Shown here in pieces: positions 51,394 through 62,844 of a stretch of DNA of 64,000 nucleotides (the first letter of the stretch is position 1; each line of letters opens with the position of its first letter). The position numbers were made by a program, and so were the translations under genes. Where the stretch lies: positions 62,001-126,000 of the forward strand of contig JAYWIR010000043.1 of the NCBI GenBank assembly GCA_036172245.1. The letters are read 5' to 3'. The notes beneath the pieces are model-generated. The model made no database searches. It saw only the letters and a program-made list of their open reading frames with translations, and was not told the DNA's origin. The DNA comes from Raillietiella orientalis (lineage: Eukaryota).

Positions 51394-53297
51394 ATCTCCC
51401 GGGCTTGATCTGCGGAGATCACGTGGATCTCCTGCAGCAGCACCAGGTCGAAGGATGCCAGGGTGGCGGCCACGTCACGCCTCTTGCCGTCGTCGCTTAG
51501 CCCGTTCACGTTCCAACATGCGATCAGAAGACGACGGCGAGAGGCGATTCCCGGCATTATGGCTGGGAAAGTGGCGTCGAGGCACCTGCCGCGGGGCAGG
51601 TGTAAAAAAGGTCCATCGGTACGAGGACCATCGGAACGAGGACGGAGGCCCCATTAGGAGCCTGGGGTACCTGTTCGGCCTCCATCCTCACCATCCCCTC
51701 CGTGTCCGAGCGTGGAATTCTCTCGGGCGACGGGTCCCGGGAGTTTCCCACGCTCATGGCACCCTCGCTACCGGAAGCCATCTCTTCCCCTTCGACGGGG
51801 GATACGAGCTTCCTTGGCTTTGTGGACTTACGTCCAGCCTTCTTGCGGGGTGCCGCGGAGATGGATGCTGTGTTTCCTGCCTTCACCTCGGGGTCGGAAG
51901 TGGCCGACTCCTGAGGGGAAGCCGGACGCCTGACGGCCTTCTTGCCAGCCTTGGGGGCAACAGGCTGCTGCGAGGCAGCCAGCTCCTCCGCGTCGCGCTC
52001 GAAGGCGAAGTCATCAAGCGTGAGCTCGATGACGGACGCCGCCGACTCGCTCCCCTCCTTGTTGACTTTGTCAACGGAGGGTTGAGCAGGGGCAGCAGCG
52101 AGTTCTTTAGCGCCGCATTCGTCGATGGCGGGAATCCGCTCTACGACGACGCAGCAGCTTTTAATTTTATCGCGGCGCAGAGCGGTTTCGCTTCGTTTCG
52201 CCACGTTCTTTCCCTTCTCATGGGAGTTTTTCTTGGGGTCGACCTTCTGCCACCCTGGCTCTTGACCCTCGCTCTCGACCTTTTTGGCGTTTTTCGCCGA
52301 AGTTTCGGGGCTGGACTTCGCCTTGGTGGCGGAGGTGACCTCCTTAGCAGCAGCACGAGCTGCCAGCTTCTTTCTCTTTTTTGCCGCGCACTTTCTCGCG
52401 TTTTTCGCGGACACGACGCGGACTGTGTTTTGTGGGCACACCAGACGGGTGTGCCCCGCTTGTTTGCATTGCTGGCACTGCACGCTCTTACACTTCATTT
52501 TAAGGTGACCAAAGCTGCTGCAGCAGCCGCAAAACTTGGGTTTCCCCACGTACCACACGTCAACGGATTCACCGTTGACGGTGAGTTTGTGGGGAACCTC
52601 ACATCCCTCGCGAACCGTCACTCGCGCTGCACCCAGGCCGCCAAGCAACCCGTCGTAATCGACATAACGAGTAGGCTTTCCCCACAGCGCGTGGATAGTT
52701 GCGAATTTTTCCAATTCGTTCCGGACGGCCTCCTTCGTCATCCGGAACGTGATACCGGTCAGGTGAATGATCACCGACCGGTCTTCAGTTATTGGGAGAA
52801 GCCTCCGGCTGCCCATACTTACGGGGGTTCGCAGAAGTCTTTGCGCAAGAGTTGCCTCCTTGCAGATAACTTCCACAAAGTGACCCCCGCTTCTGACGGA
52901 CATAGCCAGAAGCTCCTCTTTCTGTACGCCGAGAACGCGCATCGCCCGTGAGAAGGCGCGCGCGTTCGCGGGAGAATATAGACCGCCTACCTTACATAGA
53001 AGGGGTGGGTTATACCCCTCCTCCAGGAAAGCGCGCATTTCCGCCATAGCCGCTGGCGTAGGTGCCGCAGCCACGGCGTTCCAAGCCCTGGGTAGGGCCG
53101 GGGGCGCATCCGTGCTGGCGGGAGCCTCCACTGATGCGGGAGCCCTCACCTCCATCTGCTCCGGGGGCAATGAGGTCATCGTCGCAGGATCCTCACCGGT
53201 GGTGGTATCAGGCATTTCTGCCTAATCCTCCACCCACACCACACAAAAGCACCAACGGAAATGGAACTCAGGAGCAACGAAAAGACACGTCCGCTCG
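51394..53297 (-). mobile_element. Element J, 5' part
   Basis: Endonuclease N-terminus ..DQAREI continues as ERISGGR at 45432; 5' motif at 53281-53290. Confidence 0.93.
51557..53215 (-). CDS. Intact ORF1 of J (552 aa)
   Basis: Open from ATG to stop; knuckles CGCCSSFGHLKMKC and CQQCKQAGHTRLVC; TAATG overlap at 51555-51559. Confidence 0.9.
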   Translation of the reverse strand: MPDTTTGEDPATMTSLPPEQMEVRAPASVEAPASTDAPPALPRAWNAVAAAPTPAAMAEMRAFLEEGYNPPLLCKVGGLYSPANARAFSRAMRVLGVQKEELLAMSVRSGGHFVEVICKEATLAQRLLRTPVSMGSRRLLPITEDRSVIIHLTGITFRMTKEAVRNELEKFATIHALWGKPTRYVDYDGLLGGLGAARVTVREGCEVPHKLTVNGESVDVWYVGKPKFCGCCSSFGHLKMKCKSVQCQQCKQAGHTRLVCPQNTVRVVSAKNARKCAAKKRKKLAARAAAKEVTSATKAKSSPETSAKNAKKVESEGQEPGWQKVDPKKNSHEKGKNVAKRSETALRRDKIKSCCVVVERIPAIDECGAKELAAAPAQPSVDKVNKEGSESAASVIELTLDDFAFERDAEELAASQQPVAPKAGKKAVRRPASPQESATSDPEVKAGNTASISAAPRKKAGRKSTKPRKLVSPVEGEEMASGSEGAMSVGNSRDPSPERIPRSDTEGMVRMEAEQVPQAPNGASVLVPMVLVPMDLFYTCPAAGASTPLSQP

Positions 53298-54223
53298 ACG
53301 CTCCGGAATCTCCTGGACTGGGACCTTTTTAAGGAATCGGTCCGCGAGTTCTCTGAGCAGTTCCCTCTGGATCGCCTGCCCCCCGGATTCGGCGAGGGTG
53401 CTCGCAACCATCGAGCCTATTTACAGACCCGTCGTTACGAGAGAACCCCTAATTTTCGTCGCTTGGCCGAGTACCGCGCTCAAGCCGAACGCCAAGCCTA
53501 GCAATCCAGGTCGGCAACTTGCTGGACGACCAGGGCCGGGAATGTTGGACCCCGGCGTCAGTACGGCATCTCGTGAGAAGATTTTATTCATGTCGCTACG
53601 CAAGGACGCCTCCGGACCAAGATGCCTCTCGGCGCTTGTTCCCGGATGGTGCCCCTGCAATAGGGGAAGAGGAGTCGGTAAGCCTCGACGAGCCTTTCAC
53701 TACCGGAGAAAATCTCGCCGGTATCAAAAGCCTCAAGATACGTAAAGGCGTCAGGGGAGGACGGCTTGCCCGCGGAGTTCTCTCAGTGCTTCGCGGAAGA
53801 GCTGCCACAACTGCTGCTCGTGTTGACAAGGCTGATCCGAGGCAATAGCGATGTTCCCGCTTCGTTTCGGTCAGAAAGAGTGAGGCTCCTTCCGAAAGGG
53901 GGAGACCTCAGGAAATTGCACAACTGGAGTCCGATCACAATCGTAAAAACGGACGCCAAGTTGCTAGCGGGGCTATGGGCGTCGGGTTTGTGACAGGTGG
54001 CAGAGTCCATAATTAGCACGGAGCAGACCTATGCTGCTCCCGGGCGAACTATGGACGCAAGGCTCTTCTTCGCAAGCACGTGGATGCACCGGCAAAGGAG
54101 AGAAAAGAAAGGGAAAGGGAAAATCGGCAACCCCACATTGGGGCTGTTAGCGGTTCTGGGAAGGGACCCCGGGGCTGGGAAAAGAGCCCTAGCGATCGCA
54201 GTCGATCTCCATAAGGCGTTCGA
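53298..54223 (+). mobile_element. Element M part 2: ORF2 linker to DLHKAF
   Basis: Resumes exactly at the TSD of J and ends at the TSD of L; similar to B at about 5985-6910. Confidence 0.9.
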
Positions 54224-57200
54224 TTTTCACCCGGATTTCGCCGGGGCGTTTATTGTAAAATAAACTTTTACCAAGACGTGCGGTGGCTGGAGCATTGCTC
54301 CAGCCACGCACGAACAAACACAGAGCCTGCCGGGTCACCGGTTCGCAGACCGGTACGGTTTACCACGGCAGCAGGGGGAAAAGGGAAAAACAAAAAAAAC
54401 AAAACAAAAAAAAAAAGAAAAGTTTTGAGGGTAAGGGAAGGGATCACAGTTGCTGGTGGGGCCGTTGCATCCTTTGCAGGATGCCGGCAAGCTCCATCTG
54501 TATTCCTGGATTTAGGTGGGGCCATCGGATCGCCCTTCTCAGAAACTAAGAGGCTGGCTGCATAGCACCCTGGTCGTGTGGTCCTCCCGTAGCCTTGCTC
54601 CAGGCGACGACGATTTCGCGGAGGCAGCACAGAGCTGCTAACGAGGCCGCTAGTCGAAGGGCGTCGGCAACGAAGAGGGCTTTCCGTGCGTCCCTAATGT
54701 TGCTGCAGGGGATTCCGATGGCCGCGGCAAAGCGAAACCAAAGGGGCCGAAGGGCAACACAATCCACTAGCAGGTGGGGGCGGGAATCCCGTTTCCCACA
54801 CTTGACGCAATTGTGGTCCACCGCTCCCCAGGTGCAGTGGTGTCGGCGGGCGTTGAAGGGGAGTCCCCAGTGCTGCAACAGGAGAGCCGACTCCTGCCAT
54901 TTTAAGGAAAGGGCGGAAGTGTTCATGAGCACCGGGGGCCACTTCAGATGTTCAATGGGAACATCGAGCAGAGCACCCCAGCGCAGAAGTCCATTGGGAG
55001 GCGTACTCGGGGTCGCAGCGTCTGTTAACTGGCCCGTCTTCCACTCTCCTATCTTCTTCTCCTTTCCGGAGATTGTTACTGTAACCACTCACTTCCTTGC
55101 AACATTGCTGCCCAGATCTTCCATCAGGGAGGGAAGCGCAGCAACGAGGGGGGTTCTTCCTGCCCACGCTCCCTTCTTTGGATCCTCCAGGATCTCGCAG
55201 AGCGTGCAAATTCTGTAACCCCCAAACAGGAACCTTCGTTCCTGTTGGGAGCGTTGCATGCCGAACTGTCCCCACGTTCGAACGGTTTCCTGCAACCAGG
55301 CACTACCGTTCAAAGGGCGACAGGTGAGCAATCCTGGGTTTTTCCTATACAGCGCAGCCACCCTCCGTAGCTGGAGTCCGCATCGGTTGACGCAGCGACG
55401 GAGTGCAAGAAACGACGTCAGTCCCGTCTTGCCGGTGGCTTGCTAGAGAAGGAGACGTGCAGGGACGCACCAACAGGTGCACCACAACTCTGGAACGAGT
55501 GCGGACAATCGGAACTGGAGCTAAAGCTCCAGCCGCTCCAACGTCAGGAGGCCCAGACCACCATCCCGACGAGGAGCGCACAAGTCCTTTAAGCGCACTC
55601 GGGCCCTCCCGTTGCCCCAGAGGGCGATACGGAGGAGGTCCTTTGTCCGCTTTTTAATTCTCTCTGTGGGGGGGCAAACAAAAAGCAAGGTGCGGAGGAG
55701 AGGAGCCGCGAACGTGTTCCAAACCGCGGCCCGTTCAGGCAGGAAAAACCTGCCGCAAGGAACGGGCCGATCGCCGTCTCTACTTTTTGGAGGCAGCCGG
55801 ACCACGCTACCGAAGGGGAGTAGTCCAACAACGGCACACCAAGGTACTTGAAGCATCTCGCCGTGGGGATCCTTAGACAGACCCAGTCCTGCTGCCCTGC
55901 CCACGCCGTACCAACTGGCATCTCAGACGACTTAGCCCTGTTCACCGTAAGTCCGGTTCCCGATGCAGCAGGTCCAAGAACTCCTCGACCGCCGAAGCCG
56001 GGGTGGACATAGGGAGCAGCAGCAGAAAATCGTCCGCGTATGCTGAAACGACCGATGTACCGGCACAGTCGTGCGGCAGGTGCGCCAGAGTTCCCCTGTA
56101 CTCTCTCAGTACCAATTCAAAGTAGGTACTGAAGAGCAAGGGGATCAGGCTGTCTCCCTGCCGGATCCCACGCCGCACCGGCACGCCGTGCACGGTCTGC
56201 CCGCTAAAAGTATCATTGATGAGCGCGTCGCGCCAGCAGGAGCGCAGATAGGCCACTAATAATGCCGGGCAGCCCAAGCGTTCCAGAAGCTCCAGAAGGA
56301 GATTCTGGTCGACGCAATCGAATGCTTTTCGCAAGTCGATTGCGACCGCAAGGGCTCCCATTCACACCCGACCATCCAACCCCTTGCCGGCGCACGCACC
56401 GGAATTCCAACTGCGTACCAAGCTCCTTTCATGTTGGAGCTCTAGCCAGGTGGAAGCGAGGAAAAGGTTCGCCTTCATGCTTCGCCCGGGAACAGCATAT
56501 GTCTGTTCCGGGCTGATGATTATGTTGGCAACTTGTCCCAGACGCTCTGTTCAAACCTTAAACAGCAACTTGATGTCCGCATTCACTATTGTGATGGGAC
56601 TTCAGTTGTTCATGCTCCTCAGATCTCCTTCCTTAGGGAGGAGCCGCACCTTTGCCGAACGAAACGAGGCAAGAACGTCACCTGTTTCGCGTATCAGCAA
56701 GGTGAGATGCTGTACCAGGGGAGTAAGCTCAGTCGCGAAAGTTTGATAAAACTCCGCGGGCAGGCCGTCCTCCCCTGAAGCCTTTCGCCTCTTGAGCTTC
56801 CCGATGGCCGAGAGGATCTCGTCCATCGTGAAAGGCTCGTGGAGGGTCTTTCTCTGCTACTCTTCGATCGCTGGAGCGCCTTTGGGAAGCAGGAATCGTG
56901 AGAAGTTCGTCTCCGGAGGTGCCCTGGTATACAGGGAGGAGTAGTAACTCCTCAGCAGGCCGCGGATTTGGACAGGTGCCGAGTGCTCCTGGCCCTGATC
57001 GTCAGTAAGCTGGCCGATCCCTACTGCCAGGCTTGCTTCTCGGCTCCCGCTTTGTATTCCGCCAGCCTGCGGATGTCGGGGGTCCTGGCATAAGGACGGG
57101 CCCGCAGGTAGGCTCGTTCTTTACGGACCCCGGTCCCATAACCGGTAAGTAAGCGGTGCAGAGGGAACTGGTCGCAGAACTCCTGGACCGACCGCTTGAA

Positions 57201-59791
57201 GCGGTCCCAATCCTGGAGTGTCCGCAGCCTGAAGCTCCGTATGAACGTGCGGAGATGTTCCGCCGCGTTCGGGAGCTTCAGCCAGTCCCCTGGGAGACGT
57301 CACGCTGAAGAAGGGGGGCCCCTGTCGCGCGGATGGATCTCGAGGACTAGCGGGCGATGGTCGGAGAGCTCGCACGGTACCTTGCCGCGCCTCCCCACGC
57401 GAGGGCACAGGTGCTCGTCAAGAAACACGTGGTCAATGCTTTCTTCCATCACCGGTGCACTGGCCAACAAATGACAGGTGTGCACCGCCATGCACACCTC
57501 GTTCACCTGGACACGCACGTGATTCTGCCCATCTGGTTTCAGGCGAACGTTGAAATCGCCTGCAACCAGATGGGCATTCCGCACGCCTCTTCGGTCAGCC
57601 AGTCTCGCCGGAGGGCAAGGAAAAACTCTTTCCTCGCCCTCCTGCTCATCAGGTCCTTGCCGCTCGGTGCGTACACGTTCGTGACGATCAGATCGATCGA
57701 GTCGGACCACCTGAGAGTCAGCTGGCCGACACGACCGTGATCGTCGAACCGCACGCCCCGAGCCGCGGTCTCGACGGCTGGCCGAAGCAGGTAGGCGACA
57801 CCGCAACTTCTCGCTCTCCCACACCTGTACCATAGCCGTCCTCCGGAGATCCTTTCGATCTCTTGCGCTGGTTCTGCAGAGCTCACGTGGATCTCCTGCA
57901 GCAGCGCAAGGTCCTAGTACTCCAGAAGGGCGGATATGTCTCGTCTCCTGCCGGCGTCTGTCATGCCGTTCACGTTCCAAACGGCGATGCGCAGACGACG
58001 GCGGGTGGTGATTCTTGGCATTACTGCTGGGAAGATTAAGGTGTAGGGGAGCCCTCCTCTTGCGAGGCGGGCGGGATGTCCATGGGGGTTTCGGCCTTCT
58101 CAGGCACCTGAGGCACCTATTGGGCCTCCACTTCCTCCATCCCCTCCGTGTCCGTGCGTGGGATTCTCTCGGGCGACGGGTTTCGAGAGTTTCCCACGCT
58201 CATGGCACTCTCGCTTGCGGAAGCCATCTCTTCCCCTTCGACGGGGGACACGAGCTTCCTCGGCTTTGTGGACTTACGTCGAGCCTTTTTGCGCGGTGCC
58301 GTGGATACGGAGGCTGTGCTTCAGGCCTCCACCTCGGGGTCGAAAGTGGGGGATTCCTGAGGGGATGCCGGACGCCTTACGGCCTTCTTGCCAGCCTTGG
58401 AGGGTTCTGGCTGCAACGAGGCTGCCAGCTCCTCCGCGGCTCTCGCGAAGGCTACGTCATCGATGGTGTTGTCGATGACGGACGGCGCCGCCGGCTAGCT
58501 CCCCTCGCTGTTGATTGTGTCAGCAGAGGGGTGGTCGTTGGTAGCGGGGAGTTCTTTCCGGCAGCGTTCGGCAACATAGAGAACGCGTTCGACAACGACG
58601 CTGCACTCTTTAATAATCGCGCTACCCTGCTCTTTCTGCTTCTGTTGGTAGGCGATTTTCTCTTCCATCCTCCTCTCCTTCTTTGATTTTTTGGCCGTTG
58701 CCACTTGCCATCTAGTCTCCATACTGGCTCCCTCAACTTTTTCGGCGTTGGTTGCCAGGGTCTCGGCTGCGGCCTGGGTCTTGGGCGCGGGTGGCCCAGC
58801 CTTCGCGGCAGCTTTCGCCGCCAGCCTTTTCTGCAGAACCCGTGCGCGTTTTTTAAGGTTTCTCTTGGAAACCACCCGCACTGCTCCTTTTGGGCAAACC
58901 TCCCTCGTATGGCCCATTGTGCCGCATACTTGGCACTGCACATTGGGACACCTCTTTTTGAGGTGGCCCGACGTATTGCAGAAGCCACAGTATTTCGGCT
59001 TCCCCACATACCAGAGGTCGACGGTTTTGCCTTCAACCACCAATTTGTGGGGAAGTGTGCAATCCTCCCGAACGGTCACGCGCGCAGCAGTGAGGACGTG
59101 TTGCAGCCCCGTGTAGTCCTCGAAAGGACTAACTTTCGTCCACTGCGCGTGGACCGTTCCGTATTCCTCCAACGCGGCGCGAACCTGTTCTTTGCGCATT
59201 CGCGGGGTGACGCCTAACAGGTGGACCACCATGCTGCGGTCCGTCGTAGTGGGGAGGAGCCTGCGCATCTCCATCACAACGGGGATTTTAAGCAGTCGTT
59301 GGGCCAGCTCTGCATGTTTGCAGATGACCTCAACGTACTGACCCCCGCTGCGGATGGTCATAGCGCTGAGCTCCTCCTCTTTCACATCGAGAGCGCGCAT
59401 GTCCTTCGAGAAGGCGCGCGCGCTCTCTAAAGAATATAAATTGCCTACCTTGTAAAACAATGAGGGGTTGTACCCCTCCTCTACATAGGCCGACAATTCC
59501 GAAGCGGCTGTAGGCGATGGCGCCGACACAACGGCGCTCCACGCCCGCGCTGCAGCGGGGAATGATTCTGTGGGGGCGGATTCCTCCACCTACATCGCCT
59601 CTGGGGGCGAAGTTGGCGCCGCCCCCTGGCTCTCCATCGCCTCCGGGGGCGGCGTTGCCGCTGTCCCCTGGCTATCCCTGGTGGTCGCGTCAGGCATCGC
59701 TGCCTGATCGACCACCGAACCACACGACGCTTGCACTGGGGGAGACTTCCTGGCACGAGAAGCACTGAGAAAACACGTACACCCAGGAGCG
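54224..59791 (-). mobile_element. Element L (family III): full length, degenerate
   Basis: TSD CA(T/C)AAGGCGTTCGA at 54210-54223 and 59792-59805; ORF1 about 59697-58021; TAATG at 58019-58023; terminus at 54228-54254. Confidence 0.93.
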
Positions 59792-61897
59792 CACAAGGCG
59801 TTCGACTGTGTGGACCAGGAACTTTTCTTGGAGCGATTGGGTCGCATAGGCTTCATACCCTGCTTGATATCCTTCCTGCGCTCTGGCTGGCGGAATGCGA
59901 TGATTACCGTCTCTTTCAGCGGTCACAAGGTGTATGGCGTGCCGGTGCGGCGGGGCATAATGCAGGGAGATAGCGTCAGCCCCCTGCTCTTTAGCACCTA
60001 CTTTGTGTGGGTGCTGAGAGCGTACAGTGTGACTTTAACCCCCTTGCCGTGCTCGTGCCCCCTTACGTCCGCCGTAAGTGTTTATGCCGACGATCTTCTG
60101 CTCCTGTTACATATGTCCCCCCCCTTGAAGGCGGTCGGAGATTTCTTCGACCTGCTCAACCGCGGGACCGGACTGCAGGTGAACAGGGCGAAGTCGTCGG
60201 TGGTGCCAGTTGGTGCGACGTGGGCAGGGCAGCAGGAATGGGTTCGTTTGGGGATCCCAATCTCGAGATGCATCAAGTAACTTGGTGTGCCGTTGGGGGA
60301 CTTCTCCCTTGCGAAAGCGTGGTCCACTTGCCTCCAAAAGTCCTGACGGCGATCGGCCCGTTCCTGGAAGGCAAGTTTCACTTGCCAGAACGGGCCGCGG
60401 TTTTGAACGCCTTTGCGGCCTTCATCCTCCGCTTATTGCTTTTTGCTTTCCCCGCCCCAGGAGTTGTTAACAAGAGGACGAGGGTCCTCCTCCGCATCTC
60501 CTTTGGGGCAAGGGGAGGCCCCGAGTCCCTTTGAAGGCCCTTTGCGCTCCTCGTCGGGACAGCGGGCTCAGCCTTCTGACGCTGGAGCGCGTGGAGAAAC
60601 AGCTGCGATGGCGTACCCTCGCCATCGCAGCGAAGATGTGGAGCACCCCGTGGTGCATTCCGGCTCGTCTACTCGCCAGTCCTTTGTTCCGGTGGAGGGA
60701 CTCGCGTCTTTTTTTTTGAACCTAGGCCGGAAGATCGGAAGATGCGGCCTACAGCTGGGGCGCATGGCATCGTTGGCCATGGAGAACAGCTGGATGGTTT
60801 GCTGCCCCACCAACTCTTCCGCCTGGCTGGAGGAGTACATTGGAACGTGCGCTGTGGTGAACCGGAGAAGCCACGTAACGTAGAATCGTCTCTGATGCAG
60901 CCCCTACGCCCGCTGCACTCTGAAAAATCTCTTGAAGAATCCAGCTAGAAGCACGTGGGCAAAGACAACCTGCCTGGCTACGGCGCTGCCCTTCCTGAGG
61001 AGGGCGCTTTACAGCAGTCAAACGCCAAGGTGGCAAGTCTCCTGCTGCATCGAGAAACATGAGAAGAGAATGAGCGTCAGGACCATGGGTCAACTGGTGT
61101 TCGCCACGACCCCGTGCGTCCAGCCGCGAGGTCTAAGATACAGCGAGCTGCTGGCCATCCCTACGGATGTGCTGAAGTGGCCCCCGCTTCTTCTGGAATC
61201 CAGGATACTGCCCCTTAAGTGGAAAGAGTCGGCGTTGCTCTTGTTGCATTGAGGTTTACCCTGCAACGCACGCCGCTCCCACTGGACAAGAGGAGTTGTG
61301 GATCCTGCGTGGGTCAGGTGAGGAGAGCGGGAATCGCTCTCTCACCGTATTGTGGACTGTGCTGCCCTTCGCTCCCTTTGGGAACGGTTCGGGACGACCC
61401 TCGGTCTCCCTGCGGGCAGTTCCCCTAGAGACGTTCTTCGGCCCCTCTTCGTGAAGGACTCCCTGCAGCCAGTCGCAGCCCTTGCCGCCTTGTGCTGCGA
61501 CCGAGGCATGGTGGCGGCATGGAGCGACACCAAGAAGGAAGGAGTGGGTCAACACGCGAGGGATGTTATCCCATATGCCCAACGCTTCTTGCGGAGAGCT
61601 GCTGGATGGCCCCAACTGGGGAATATACAGATGGACCTCAAGGGCTTCCTTCAACGGATGGGCCCTCCTCTCAGCGAATTGTGATCCCTTCTCTGCCCTT
61701 CAACCTCTTTTGTTTTTTTGTGGTTTTGCTTTTTGGTTTTTGTTTTTTCCCCATCCCCTCTTGCTGCAGGGGAGTGTCACGCCAAAATGCGTTCCGGCGT
61801 CTTGGTAGGTCCCGTGCATAAAGCCGTAAGCGGGCCTGGTACCGCGTTTGTAGAGTTTTTTTTAATAATTAACGCCCCGGGCGTACCCAAGTGGCAA
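59792..61897 (+). mobile_element. Element M part 3: RT through the 3' terminus
   Basis: Resumes HKAFDCVDQ; YADD; terminus AATTAACGCCCCGGGCGTACCCAAGTG at 61867-61893 followed by GCAA. Confidence 0.9.
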
Positions 61898-61916
61898 TTC
61901 CAATTCCCCTCTGTGG

Positions 61917-62490
61917 TAAGAGGACGTGCATTTCCTGCGCTCCGCCTGCGTGGCAAGGCGAGTGGTTTTTTGCTTAGTAGTTTGTGCGTGCACATCGTCG
62001 GTGTCCGATGGCAGCGTTGCCCGAGGACACCGCGATAAAAGTAGGCGTGAGGGAGGCTTGTTCGTCCCCACAGCCTACTAGATCAGGGGCATCCGCCCCG
62101 GAATCGTCCCCGGCGAAGCCATGGTCATGGAGCGCCATGGTGGCCGCTCCTACTGTGGAAGCCATCGCCGAGATAGAAGCCTACAAGATAGCGGGGTATA
62201 AACCCTCGCTAGTCTACAAGGTAGGCAACCTTTTTGATGGGCGAATTGCACGCAACTTTAAGAAGGCGCTGCGGAACGCCAATATCTTCGAAGAAGATCT
62301 TGACGGCCTATCCGTCCTCAGCGGCGGGCAGCGGGTCGAGGTGGTATGCAAAGATATCAGTTTGGCCCGACGCCTAATCACCCACCCTCTGATCGTTGAA
62401 GGTCGTAAGATCTTGCCGGTGACCATCGACCGCTGGGTGGTGGTCCATCTCACTGGGATCTCGAGTCGAATGACTAGGTCAGCGGTTCAG
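61917..62490 (+). mobile_element. Element M': second M-type 5' UTR and ORF1 start
   Basis: Colinear and highly similar to about 39092-39665. Confidence 0.88.
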
Positions 62491-62770
62491 CCATGAGTTC
62501 TTCCACCGCCTGCAGGAAGGCGTCATCCTCGATTGCGTCGAGCTCGGCGCGCGGTTCCCCCTCTCTTTCGCCAGAGGGTTCAATATCGACAGTCGCCACT
62601 TCACCGGACGCGAGAACAGGGATTGCTCCCCCAGTGGCGGCATCAGTTGCCTCCACACTTTCCACTTCTACCGAACAAGCGCGGAGCTTTTCGCGGCACG
62701 ATTTTGTGCGCTGCGTTTTTGTCTTAACAGCGCTTCGTTCGGGACTCCCAGGCGTTCTTCTAAGATGTAC
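62491..62770 (-). mobile_element. ORF1 fragment (F-like), possibly the ORF1 of I
   Basis: Reverse complement gives LRACSVEVE..EGEPRAELDAIEDDAFLQAVEEL, similar to ORF1 of F. Confidence 0.75.
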
Positions 62771-62844
62771 CATCTGCTAGCCTACGCCGTCGCCAGCGTG
62801 GTCAAGAGTGCTCTCAACCGAAGTTTGCTGGGATGGCATGAGGG

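Noticed and set aside
5628..61893. Repeated palindromic motif read as a CRISPR array or integron attC sites
   Set aside because: Spacing is irregular (kb scale), both strands are used, and each copy marks a LINE 3' end; no cas or integrase genes are present
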